NCBI RefSeq assembly: GCF_043950625.1
Contig: NZ_CP171007.1
Direction: 5' to 3' (one strand)
DNA: 32,000 nucleotides
Origin: Alkanindiges sp. WGS2144
GTDB lineage: Bacteria > Pseudomonadota > Gammaproteobacteria > Pseudomonadales > Moraxellaceae
The notes beneath the pieces are model-generated. The model saw nothing but the letters and a program-made list of their open reading frames with translations. It did not search any database and was not told the origin of the DNA. A program made the position numbers and the translations under genes. Of this stretch, positions 10,301-17,878 are shown piece by piece; the first letter of the stretch is position 1; every line of letters begins with the position of its first letter.

Positions 10301-10450
10301 AGACTGGCCGCCGCCATGGGCACCACCACCCAAATCATTGACCACTACCTTGCAGCCACGTGCCGCCAGCGTTAAAGCATGCTGGCGTCCTAACCCGCCA
10401 CCTGCACCAGTGACAATTGCCACCCGACCATCAAAACGTAATTTCGCCAT
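7391..10450 (-). CDS. Multifunctional enzyme type 2-like protein: (3R)-hydroxyacyl-CoA dehydrogenase (SDR) + enoyl-CoA hydratase 2 (MaoC/hot-dog) + three tandem SCP2 domains
   Basis: 1019 aa.
- SDR region: N-terminal TGAGGGLG Rossmann motif, NNAG, and YxxxK (NYCAAK).
- Hydratase-2 region: signature YRLSGDWNPLHADPAFA at aa ~494-510.
- SCP2 units: three units at aa ~628-733, ~775-877 and ~917-1019. Each ends in G(K/Q/E)L(K/R)(I/V).G(N/D)... as in SCP2 (FFGGKLKIGGNVMASNKL; FFAGQLKITGNVMASNKL; QHGELRVEGDARLAQQL). Confidence 0.9.
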   Translation of the reverse strand: MAKLRFDGRVAIVTGAGGGLGRQHALTLAARGCKVVVNDLGGGAHGGGQSSSAADKVVEEIRAMGGEAVANYDSVENGTAIVQTALDHFGTVDIVINNAGILRDTSFAKMTEQDWDLVMRVHLEGSKSVSHAAWPIMREKGYGRIVMTTSAAGIYGNFGQANYCAAKLGILGLANCLAEEGRSKNIHVNTIAPLAASRLTETVMPQEMLDLLQPEAVSPVVAWLCHEDCEETKGLFEVGAGYVAKLRWERAKGYFFPKSRAFDVDDVALRWSKMTDFSEATYPTSTTESISPIIEGINHPNLGGNEFIDLDVAAKAELVLESAYDERDLSLYALGIGAARDPLDQTELKYVYELGSEFAALPTYGAMPQLNAMLAAAKTGTFELPGMNFGFDRLLHGEQYMEIKRPLPPHAKLRHVFKFKQAFDKDPNAVVTFAISTQDESGEEIAYNEMTSFVRGAGGWGGDRGPSGEINTPPDREPDAVIEEKTDANQTLLYRLSGDWNPLHADPAFAQAFGFEKPILHGMCTFGYCGRHVIKAFCNNDGRYFKSIKVRFAKSVFPGDTLVTRMWKEADDRIIFETRVKERDEVVIKNAAIELYKEIPEAAAKPKASTQPADAVSQNQNTEPDRLIASDVFKVVGDYVAEHPELVDKTKTVFLFKLKNPDSVWTLDLKNGAGSCQAGESEKADVILEMNEEHLETVVTSSLADVQKLFFGGKLKIGGNVMASNKLTVLQDINPQHYEEAKQQRLSQEGSSTDPLIEEGAAIASDAVDQAITLTDVFTAISEYIAAKPEVVSKTKTTFQFNIKNPETTWFIDLKNGQGSAGAGDIDKPDVTLQLDEQHVATVFGGSLADVQKLFFAGQLKITGNVMASNKLTVLQDMDQKRVEAARDKRVASGGSPIVSSSTTAEKVAEGKIAKSSAVMIFASLQKQIDSIKASTGLQQQFQFNIYEPEASWLVDFAEGTVTQAQRDDAAIIIGISDENLTALSTGQRGARDLYQHGELRVEGDARLAQQLNFLNGLI
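7820..8569 (-). repeat. Tandem duplication of an SCP2-domain coding unit inside the MFE-2-like gene
   Basis: By-eye alignment puts units 1 (about 8252-8569) and 2 (about 7820-8128) at roughly 60% amino-acid identity. They share identical blocks SLADVQKLFF and GNVMASNKLTVLQD. The similarity is also visible at DNA level, e.g. ttgtacatcggccag in both. Confidence 0.7.
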
Positions 10451-10794
10451 TGTTATTCCTTTAAGTTGTGCATTTATATTGCCGTTTATGCAGTGTGGCT
10501 AAAATCAATATCAGCTAGCTTGTCCGTACTCTGCCCGGCTTTGAACCCACTCGATTCCACCCAACTTACAATACGTACATACGGTAAGTATGTTAACAAC
10601 CCAATCCTAAATACAATGACAAAAATGCTTAACCTCTTACTAAAAAAATGCCAGCAATAGCAACTTTGCATTCAAAAGGGGTTTAAGCATAAAAAATTTA
10701 GCCAATGATTTTTATCATCTAAATAATGGTGATAGGAGGCATTTGTTGGCTAGACTATAGCCTGAAGATTGATATAAACACCCTGGTAATTAAC

Positions 10795-11421
10795 ATGAGT
10801 GATCTAAGCCACCCTGCTCCCCGACGCACACAAACCGAACGCAGTGAGCAAACACGACAGCGCCTGATTGAAGCCGTGATAAAAAGTTTGCAAACTTATG
10901 GCTATGCAGGAACAACAGTCACCCAGATTGTGACACTGGCAAATGTTTCACGGGGCGCTCTTCTGCATCATTTTGCCACCAAGGCAGAACTCATTGAAGC
11001 TGCCGCTCAATACCTGGTAAAAGCCATCTATAAACAGTTCAATCATTCTGTTCAGAAGCTGTCACCCTCTGAAAATAGTCTGGATGATTTTATTTTTACC
11101 GCATGGCAAGTGATCACAGCCCAGCCCGAAAGTATTGCCTTTGCAGAGTTATTATTAGAGAGTCAGCGCGATCAAAAACTTGCTGATATTTTGCAACGAT
11201 TATGGACTAATGTTTATATCAGTCTGGAAGAGTTTGCCAGGGCACATTTAGAACCTATTGCCACAGCCAGTGAGGTGAAACAGCTCATGGTATTAACTCA
11301 ATGGATGCTCAGGGGAATCGCCTTAGACAAGCACCTGATTACCGATCAGGGCTTGATTAATCATTATATTAAACTATGGAGTAATCTTCTCTCCCAACAT
11401 ATTCACACACGGAATGGATAA
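10795..11421 (+). CDS. TetR/AcrR-family transcriptional regulator
   Basis: I placed the start at MSDLSHPAPRRTQ (10795). The N-terminal HTH RQRLIEAVIKSLQTYGYAGTTVTQIVTLANVSRGALLHHF is typical of TetR. It is divergent from the MFE-2 operon across a 344-bp intergenic region. Confidence 0.85.
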   Translation: MSDLSHPAPRRTQTERSEQTRQRLIEAVIKSLQTYGYAGTTVTQIVTLANVSRGALLHHFATKAELIEAAAQYLVKAIYKQFNHSVQKLSPSENSLDDFIFTAWQVITAQPESIAFAELLLESQRDQKLADILQRLWTNVYISLEEFARAHLEPIATASEVKQLMVLTQWMLRGIALDKHLITDQGLINHYIKLWSNLLSQHIHTRNG

Positions 11422-11519
11422 AAGCACCTCCTTAGCGACAACCTGCGTCGCATTTCTGCTGATTTTTCAACCAAAACCCTTTAAAATGCTCATCTGTTAT
11501 ACAGTTTGAGAGCACGACC

Positions 11520-11810
11520 ATGTCAGTGGCTTTGATTATCCGCAATATTAATCCTGACTGTGACAAAAATACCCAGCTTGTTGTGGTGACTGTCGGCGAC
11601 AACAATATTGTTGCCTCAGAAATGGGATTGGCGCCTTATCCTAACACTTCCACCACCTTTCATGCTTCTGGTCAGGTGTACTGGTTACCCTATAGCCAGT
11701 CAACTTTAAATAATGCCGTATTTTTAAATGATCAGCATAACCATTGTAATGAGCAGTCCAGCACTGAGCCGGACTATTTATGGTTTTGTGAACTGGATCA
11801 GGCTGGTTAA
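11520..11810 (+). CDS. Hypothetical 96-aa protein
   Basis: The ORF lies in an otherwise empty gap and its stop overlaps a weak hairpin plus T-run. It has no convincing SD (gagagcacgaccATG) and no recognisable motifs. Confidence 0.4.
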   Translation: MSVALIIRNINPDCDKNTQLVVVTVGDNNIVASEMGLAPYPNTSTTFHASGQVYWLPYSQSTLNNAVFLNDQHNHCNEQSSTEPDYLWFCELDQAG

Positions 11811-11826
11811 AAAGCCAGCTTTTTTC
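11801..11826. terminator. Weak bidirectional hairpin between convergent 96-aa ORF and RND gene
   Basis: GCTGG-ttaaaaag-CCAGC followed by TTTTTT on the + strand and preceded by an A-run. The stem is short, so confidence is low. Confidence 0.4.
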
Positions 11827-11858
11827 CACCATTCACATGTTATCTTGACCAGATCAAA

Positions 11859-14800
11859 TCAATTTATTTGCTCTACCGCTCTACCATCAAACCACCGGCG
11901 CACCAGTACAAAAAACAGGGGTACATAAAATACTGCCAGCACCGTGCCAAATAGTACGCCACCTACAATACTTACCCCAATCTCCTGCCGGCTCACTGCC
12001 CCTGCTCCTGTGGAAAACACTAGAGGTATCACGCCAGCCACAAAGGCCAGGGACGTCATAATAATGGGTCTTAAGCGCAAACGTGCTCCCTCCAGCGCAG
12101 CCTGCAAAACACTGCTGCCTTTTTGCTGGGCATTAGCTGCAAACTCCACAATTAAAATGGCATTTTTGGTAGATAAACCAATGGTTGCCAAAACAGCTAC
12201 CTGAAAATAAATATCATGATTAAAACCAGCCAGTCTAGTAAACAAGACTGCTCCCAGTACCCCTAATGGAATAACCAGCATTACCGCACTGGGAATCGAC
12301 CAGCTTTCGTATAATGCAGCCAGACATAAAAACACAAAAACTATAGAAGCAATATACAGCCAGATTGCTTGCTGGGTGGTTTGCAGCTCCTGATACGACA
12401 AGCCACTCCATGCCAGCCCAAAGTCCTTTTCCTGATTAACCAACTGCTGCATGGCATTCATGGCTTCACCCGAACTGTAGCCCTCAACCACATTACCGTT
12501 TATTTGCATGGATGACATCCCATTAAAACGCTGCAATAGCTGTGGATTAGAAATCCAGCGTGAATTGGTAAAACTGGCAAACGACACCATACTGCCATCG
12601 CTGCCACGCACGTACCATTTGGCAATATCTTCCGGCTTTGAACGCGCCTGCATATCACCCTGCATATACACGCGCTTAACCCGGCCACGATCAATAAAAT
12701 CATTAATATAAACCCCACCCCAGGCGGCATTAAGCGTGGAGTTAATATCGGCCTGCTTTAAGCCCATAATGGCCGCCTTGGCCTGATCAATATCCAGATG
12801 CAGCTGGGTTTTGTCTTCTAGCCCACTGAGGCGCACGTTACGTAACCGGGAATTATTGCCCGCCTGTTCTACAACACGCTGCTGCGCAGCTAACAGTGCT
12901 TCCCGACCTGCATTATGCGTATCCTGTAGCCAGAACTCAAAACCGTTGGATTGCCCTAAGCCCCGTACTACAGACGGCGCATTCACATGAATGCGAACAT
13001 CGGTCACCTGCTTAAAATGCTGGTTGGCACGCTCAATAATCGCCGCGGCGGTATTTTGCGCACCCTGACGCGCATCCCAGTGCTGTAATGAAACAAAAGC
13101 CTGCCCGACGTTTTGCCCCACACCGGAAAAATTACGCCCGGTAATCGTCATTACTGTATTTAAATTCTGTTTTTCCTGTGTCAGAAAATAAGCAGATACC
13201 AGCGTACCAATTTTTTCGGTTTCACTGAGTGGTGCACCCTCTTTTAAGGTAAATTGCACATTCAACGAGCCCTGATCTTCATCCGGCAAGAAACTAGAAG
13301 GCAGGCTGTTATACAGATAAGCCACCAGCGCAATAATCAGCAAAAAAACTGCCATAGATAATTTTGGCCAGTTAATCAGCCTGGCTACCTGATGCTGGTA
13401 GCGGTGCTGTATACGCTCAAACCCGCGGTTAAACCAGTCAAAAAAACCTTTTTTGTGAGTCGGCTGAGAGGTCGCAGGCTTTAACAAAGTGGCACACAAT
13501 GCTGGTGTCAACGTTAATGCCACCAGTACTGATAGCACCATGGCCGACACAATAGTGACCGTAAATTGCTGGTAAATCACCCCAATTGAGCCACCAAAAA
13601 AAGCCATGGGCAAAAATACCGCCGAAAGCACGACGGTAATGCCCACCAAAGCGCTGGTAATTTCCTGCATGGACTCAATGGTGGCAGCGCGGGCATCAAG
13701 CTGTTGCTCAGCCATAATGCGCTCTACGTTTTCCACCACCACAATGGCATCATCCACCAGCAAGCCAATAGCCAGTACCATGGCAAACAGGCTCAGTGTA
13801 TTGATGCTAAAGCCCAGTACAGACAGTATCCCGAATGTACCCAGCAACACGACTGGTACTGTAATGGCCGGAATAATCGTGGCACGCCAGTTCTGCAAAA
13901 ACAGAAACATAACCGCCACCACCAGCAAAATAGCTTCAACCAGTGTTTTGACTACTCCTTTAATGGAAGCAGTCACAAAAGGTGTGGTATCGCGTGGATA
14001 AGCAAGCTTTAGGCCAGCAGGTAACTGTTGTTCCAGCTGCTGCATTTCTTGGCGAATTTGTTTGGCAACTGCCAGCGCATTGGCACCAGTGGCCAGACTT
14101 ACCGACATGCCTGACGACGGAAAACCATTGAGGCGGGTAGATACCTGATAGTTTTCTGCACCCAGCTCAACGCGTGCCACATCTTTTAAATAAACCACTG
14201 CACCATTGTGCTGGGCTTTTAGCACAATCTGCTCAAACTGCTCTGGCGTTTGCAAACGGGACAGCGCTGTCACATTCACGTTCAAATATTGATCAGCAGG
14301 CGCTGGCAGGGCACCCACCTCACCTGCGGTTACCTGAGTATTTTGGGCTTCAATAGCGGTACGTACATCACTGGACATTAAGGCATAACTGTTTAGCTTT
14401 TGCGGATCAAGCCAGATGCGCATGGCATACTGCGCCCCAAACACACTGGTATCGCCTACCCCATTAATACGGCTGATTACTGGTTCAATGTGATTGACCA
14501 TATAGTCAGAAATCGCAACATTATTCATGCGCTGATTACTATCATAAATACCAATCACCATCAGGCTATCGCCCCGGGATTTGGATACCGTAACGCCCTG
14601 TTGCTGTACAATTTGTGGCAAGCGGTTTAAGGCACGATTAATACTGTTTTGTACCTGTACCTGCGCGGTATCAGGGTCAGTGCCTTGCGCAAACGTCAGG
14701 CTCAAGCGTGCCTGGCCCGAGGCGCTACTGCTGGAAGAAAAATACAGCAGATTATCAATACCGCGTATTTGCTGTTCCAATACCTGGGTTACACTATCCT

Positions 14801-14972
14801 CTACTGTTTTGGCAGATGCCCCACTATACGTTGCCGAAACCCCGACAGTAGGCGGCGCAATATCCGGATAGCGCTCAATAGGCAAGGTCAGCATAGACAA
14901 CAGACCCAGCGCCATCACAACAATTGCCAGCACCCAGGCAAAAATTGGTCGATCAATAAAAAAACGAGCCAT
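11859..14972 (-). CDS. RND (HAE1, AcrB/AdeB-like) efflux transporter permease
   Basis: About 1037 aa with the canonical N-terminus MARFFIDRPIFAWVLAIVVM (the track start 14984 adds MPND; either start is possible). It has 12-TM RND topology strings (GLLVDDAIVVVEN, AKNAILIVEFA). Confidence 0.93.
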   Translation of the reverse strand: MARFFIDRPIFAWVLAIVVMALGLLSMLTLPIERYPDIAPPTVGVSATYSGASAKTVEDSVTQVLEQQIRGIDNLLYFSSSSSASGQARLSLTFAQGTDPDTAQVQVQNSINRALNRLPQIVQQQGVTVSKSRGDSLMVIGIYDSNQRMNNVAISDYMVNHIEPVISRINGVGDTSVFGAQYAMRIWLDPQKLNSYALMSSDVRTAIEAQNTQVTAGEVGALPAPADQYLNVNVTALSRLQTPEQFEQIVLKAQHNGAVVYLKDVARVELGAENYQVSTRLNGFPSSGMSVSLATGANALAVAKQIRQEMQQLEQQLPAGLKLAYPRDTTPFVTASIKGVVKTLVEAILLVVAVMFLFLQNWRATIIPAITVPVVLLGTFGILSVLGFSINTLSLFAMVLAIGLLVDDAIVVVENVERIMAEQQLDARAATIESMQEITSALVGITVVLSAVFLPMAFFGGSIGVIYQQFTVTIVSAMVLSVLVALTLTPALCATLLKPATSQPTHKKGFFDWFNRGFERIQHRYQHQVARLINWPKLSMAVFLLIIALVAYLYNSLPSSFLPDEDQGSLNVQFTLKEGAPLSETEKIGTLVSAYFLTQEKQNLNTVMTITGRNFSGVGQNVGQAFVSLQHWDARQGAQNTAAAIIERANQHFKQVTDVRIHVNAPSVVRGLGQSNGFEFWLQDTHNAGREALLAAQQRVVEQAGNNSRLRNVRLSGLEDKTQLHLDIDQAKAAIMGLKQADINSTLNAAWGGVYINDFIDRGRVKRVYMQGDMQARSKPEDIAKWYVRGSDGSMVSFASFTNSRWISNPQLLQRFNGMSSMQINGNVVEGYSSGEAMNAMQQLVNQEKDFGLAWSGLSYQELQTTQQAIWLYIASIVFVFLCLAALYESWSIPSAVMLVIPLGVLGAVLFTRLAGFNHDIYFQVAVLATIGLSTKNAILIVEFAANAQQKGSSVLQAALEGARLRLRPIIMTSLAFVAGVIPLVFSTGAGAVSRQEIGVSIVGGVLFGTVLAVFYVPLFFVLVRRWFDGRAVEQIN

Positions 14973-15087
14973 ATCGTTTGGCATATCCCTTGAGTGTTTT
15001 AGTTGGCCTTTTCTGCTGGCTTAGCTTATCGAAACAATATGAAGAATAAATTAGTTCCTACATTTTATGCACAAAAACGGCAATAAC

Positions 15088-15105
15088 ATCCCCAAATGGG
15101 GATAT
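15088..15105. promoter_or_regulatory. Candidate operator box A: ATCCCCAAATGGGGATAT (perfect ATCCCC/GGGGAT inverted repeat, 4-nt spacer)
   Basis: It lies in the divergent intergenic region, with a 70-nt gap to the lipoprotein ATG (15176) and about 115 nt to the RND start. The same core recurs at 19920 and 20385. Confidence 0.45.
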
Positions 15106-15175
15106 GGCAAATTTTTCTTTTCTTTATTATTCGTTATATAAACAAAGCCACTTCTATTGAAGTTGAGGAAACATC

Positions 15176-16396
15176 ATGAAAAAGACCCTATTAATCCTGG
15201 CCATGGCCGGAGCACTTACTGCCTGCGGTGGAAGCTCCAGTGATGATGCATCAAATGGTGGTACTAACCCGCCTCCTACCAGCAAAACCAAAACCGGAGT
15301 ATTCACCGATGGTGAAATTTCTGGCGTGAGTTACCAAACCAGTAGCGGTCTTAAAGGCACGACCACTGAAAAGGGCGAGTTTTCCTTCAATGAAGGCGAT
15401 AAAGTTACATTTTCTATTGGCAAAGTTCAATTAGGTGACAGTACTGCTGCAAAAGCACGGGTCACTCCATTAGATTTATCTACAGATAATAATGTACGTG
15501 ATAATTTGCTGGTATTTTTGCAATCTCTGGACGCAAACAGCAAACACGACGATGGTATTCAAATTAATAAAAATACCGTTACTTTACTGGAAACAATCAA
15601 TCCTAATCTTAAGTTTACTCAACCCGCTGACAAGTTTGTTAATGATCCTGTATTTACCCAAATTATTGAACAAACTGGTACAACGATCGTTACTCCTGAA
15701 CTAGCTAAGGAAAACTTTAAGCAAACCTTCTATAAAGATATTGCTGGCGTCTGGCAATTATCAGATGGCAAGGTTCAGGTACTCCTGCATATTGATGGCA
15801 ACGGTAATTACACACTAGGTCAAGCTGCACCTAGAGACGATGCAGGTCAAAGTGGTGTTGAAGCAGGCAATTTAGGCTGGAATGCCACAACAGGAAAATT
15901 GAACCCAGCCATACAATTTGACAAAAATGGCGAATGGGGCTTATCTCACCCAGAGGAAAGTGGACACTTCTTAAGCTATGGCACAGAAAACAATACATTA
16001 AGTTTGAAAGAAGGTGAAGCACAATACATCTTCAAAAAAGTGCCTAACCAAGCTAATAGCTTAGTTGGTTCATGGCAAATGCCAGACCATATTATAAGTT
16101 TCTTCAGCGATAACAGCTATTTCTTGCTATACACAGGTGTTTATGATGGGGTTGAAAACGACTGTGCTGATCGTGGTGTAGAATATGGTAAATACAGTGC
16201 AACAGGTAATACACTTGAAGCCACTGAAATTTATTACGACACCACTGGTTGTTCAGGATTAGTAGATTCTTATGTAATTGGTGATTTAATCTCCGGTAAG
16301 TATGATCTAGACCTATTCAAATTAACGCTCAAGCAGGATCAGCTCACCATACAATATGAAAATGAAGAGCCAGGAGTTTACCAGCGCATCAAATAG
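15176..16396 (+). CDS. Lipoprotein of unknown function (N-terminal beta-sandwich-like region + two tandem lipocalin-like repeats)
   Basis: GAGGAA SD. The signal peptide carries a lipobox, MKKTLLILAMAGALTA-C. A Gly/Ser/Pro linker follows. Two related C-terminal segments are present, each starting xGxWQ and ending in a ...Y.(K/R)(K/I)(V/K)-like strand. Confidence 0.85.
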   Translation: MKKTLLILAMAGALTACGGSSSDDASNGGTNPPPTSKTKTGVFTDGEISGVSYQTSSGLKGTTTEKGEFSFNEGDKVTFSIGKVQLGDSTAAKARVTPLDLSTDNNVRDNLLVFLQSLDANSKHDDGIQINKNTVTLLETINPNLKFTQPADKFVNDPVFTQIIEQTGTTIVTPELAKENFKQTFYKDIAGVWQLSDGKVQVLLHIDGNGNYTLGQAAPRDDAGQSGVEAGNLGWNATTGKLNPAIQFDKNGEWGLSHPEESGHFLSYGTENNTLSLKEGEAQYIFKKVPNQANSLVGSWQMPDHIISFFSDNSYFLLYTGVYDGVENDCADRGVEYGKYSATGNTLEATEIYYDTTGCSGLVDSYVIGDLISGKYDLDLFKLTLKQDQLTIQYENEEPGVYQRIK

Positions 16397-16408
16397 CCTT
16401 TGGCCTGC

Positions 16409-16448
16409 CCTTTCATCCTTTCCATAAAGAGAGGATGAAAGGTATTTT
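16409..16448. terminator. Bidirectional terminator between convergent lipoprotein and LuxR genes
   Basis: Stem CCTTTCATCCT / AGGATGAAAGG with a 12-nt loop, followed by TATTTT. Confidence 0.6.
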
Positions 16449-16453
16449 AACCA

Positions 16454-17617
16454 TCAGGCAATATGCTCAAAATCTACCGTCAACCCGGCCAATAAGCGCA
16501 TGAGTTCAACTTGAGAAGAACACTGGGTTTTAGAAAAAATATGCTTTAAATAAGTTCGGGCGGACTGTAGGGAGATACCACAATGCGCTGCTATTTCCTC
16601 CAGATTTAAACCATTTAAAAATAGTTCACACATTTGTAGCTCGCGCTTTGACAAACTATAGCGTTCTTTTACAAACTGTTCAGCCAACTGATGCCGCCCA
16701 GACGACTCAGTTAAAAAAATAGCAACGCGTTGTTGCTGCCCCTCTACATGAACTGAGGCAAGGTTTGATAACGGTACCACCGTTAACATTAATGATTTTT
16801 CCTGCATGCCCTCATATAAGCCCAGCACCCCACCTGTTTCGCTATGATTTACCAGCGTATGCTTATACAAAGCACTTTTTATTAATATATCCAGCTTATT
16901 CTGCAAAGCCCCTATAGTCTTCAAACGATTATATTGATCAGGCCACAATATGGAAGAACGTTCCAGAATTTGCCGAGCTTTTATATTGGTGTGCTGGATA
17001 CAACCTTTGTCATCAAGAATCACAACCCCTGTTTTGAGGTAATCCAGTAACTGGTAAAGCTCTCGGTTTTCCTGTTGTATCGCACAAAGCTGCCGATGAA
17101 TTTGCAAGGCACGACGCAAGTGCTTGCCCAAACGCTTTAAGGTATCAGATTCCTGCTGGGTATATTCACTGCTTGACGGTGACCGGTGTAAACCAAGCAC
17201 GCCCCAGCGATATTGTCCCGCATCCAGTAAAACGGCCGTAATATAAGCAACGCCAGTAGGTTCCAGGCACTTTTTATAAAAAATATACTCATCTGAGCCG
17301 GGCATATCCGCATAAGGTAAACAGTTTTGCCTAATCACTCCACCTACACCGGCTTTTTCCCATAAAGGCGTGTGAATTTTCATATCAATAACTTTGACCT
17401 GCTCCTCCTGATAAGCCGCTAAACTTTCCCTGGCAATATTATGAGTATAAATAAAATCGTAGTTAGGGTTCAGCTGATCCAGCACAGTAAAAATAGCAGT
17501 AGTGCTGTTGGTATAATCAACGATATTTTCCAATACCTGTGGCCAAAGCTGACCATTTAGGGAGGCATCATAAATCATGCCGATAATGTGATTTTCCTGC
17601 TCTGTCAACATGTCCAT
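16454..17617 (-). CDS. LuxR/GerE-family transcriptional regulator with ~310-aa uncharacterised N-terminal sensor region
   Basis: The C-terminal HTH is LSKRELQMCELFLNGLNLEEIAAHCGISLQSARTYLKHIFSKTQCSSQVELMRLL, a GerE-type motif. The N-terminus contains no receiver Asp pocket or autoinducer-binding motifs that I can recognise. Confidence 0.85.
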   Translation of the reverse strand: MDMLTEQENHIIGMIYDASLNGQLWPQVLENIVDYTNSTTAIFTVLDQLNPNYDFIYTHNIARESLAAYQEEQVKVIDMKIHTPLWEKAGVGGVIRQNCLPYADMPGSDEYIFYKKCLEPTGVAYITAVLLDAGQYRWGVLGLHRSPSSSEYTQQESDTLKRLGKHLRRALQIHRQLCAIQQENRELYQLLDYLKTGVVILDDKGCIQHTNIKARQILERSSILWPDQYNRLKTIGALQNKLDILIKSALYKHTLVNHSETGGVLGLYEGMQEKSLMLTVVPLSNLASVHVEGQQQRVAIFLTESSGRHQLAEQFVKERYSLSKRELQMCELFLNGLNLEEIAAHCGISLQSARTYLKHIFSKTQCSSQVELMRLLAGLTVDFEHIA

Positions 17618-17805
17618 ATCAAACTAGAGAACAATTCGCTACAAAATAGCACATGTACGTAACATGACAATGCTTATTTAATTGTTTTTGAAATTTGACT
17701 TAAAATTTTAAAAATTCTTTGCCAGCTGTAGGAGTGTATACTCTGAAAATGAAAAACAAAAATTTGTAACCTCTCCAGAAAATAATAGTCGTCACTTTGA
17801 AGCGC

Positions 17806-17845
17806 AAAATAAAATACCTGCATCATGTGATGCAGGTATTTTTTA
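17806..17845. terminator. Strong bidirectional rho-independent terminator downstream of the adhesin gene
   Basis: Perfect 12-bp stem ATACCTGCATCA / TGATGCAGGTAT (17814-17825 / 17828-17839), with an A-run before and TTTTTT after. Confidence 0.75.
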
Positions 17846-17878
17846 GGTACTAACCGCTAAGAGCAATTAGCCAATTAA

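Noticed and set aside
7617-10502. Numerous plus-strand ORFs of 61-122 aa within 7617-10502
   Set aside because: They are antisense to the 1019-aa MFE-2-like gene, which has clear domain signatures, and they have no SD or motifs of their own. The same reasoning applies to the antisense or overlapping ORFs inside gcd (1484-3948), the thiolase gene (6196-7167) and the RND gene (11944-14993).
10564-10589. Inverted repeat ACTTAC-N14-GTAAGT in the MFE-2/TetR divergent region as a TetR operator
   Set aside because: It has only 6-bp arms in AT-rich DNA, with a long non-palindromic spacer. That is too weak to call without binding data or conservation.
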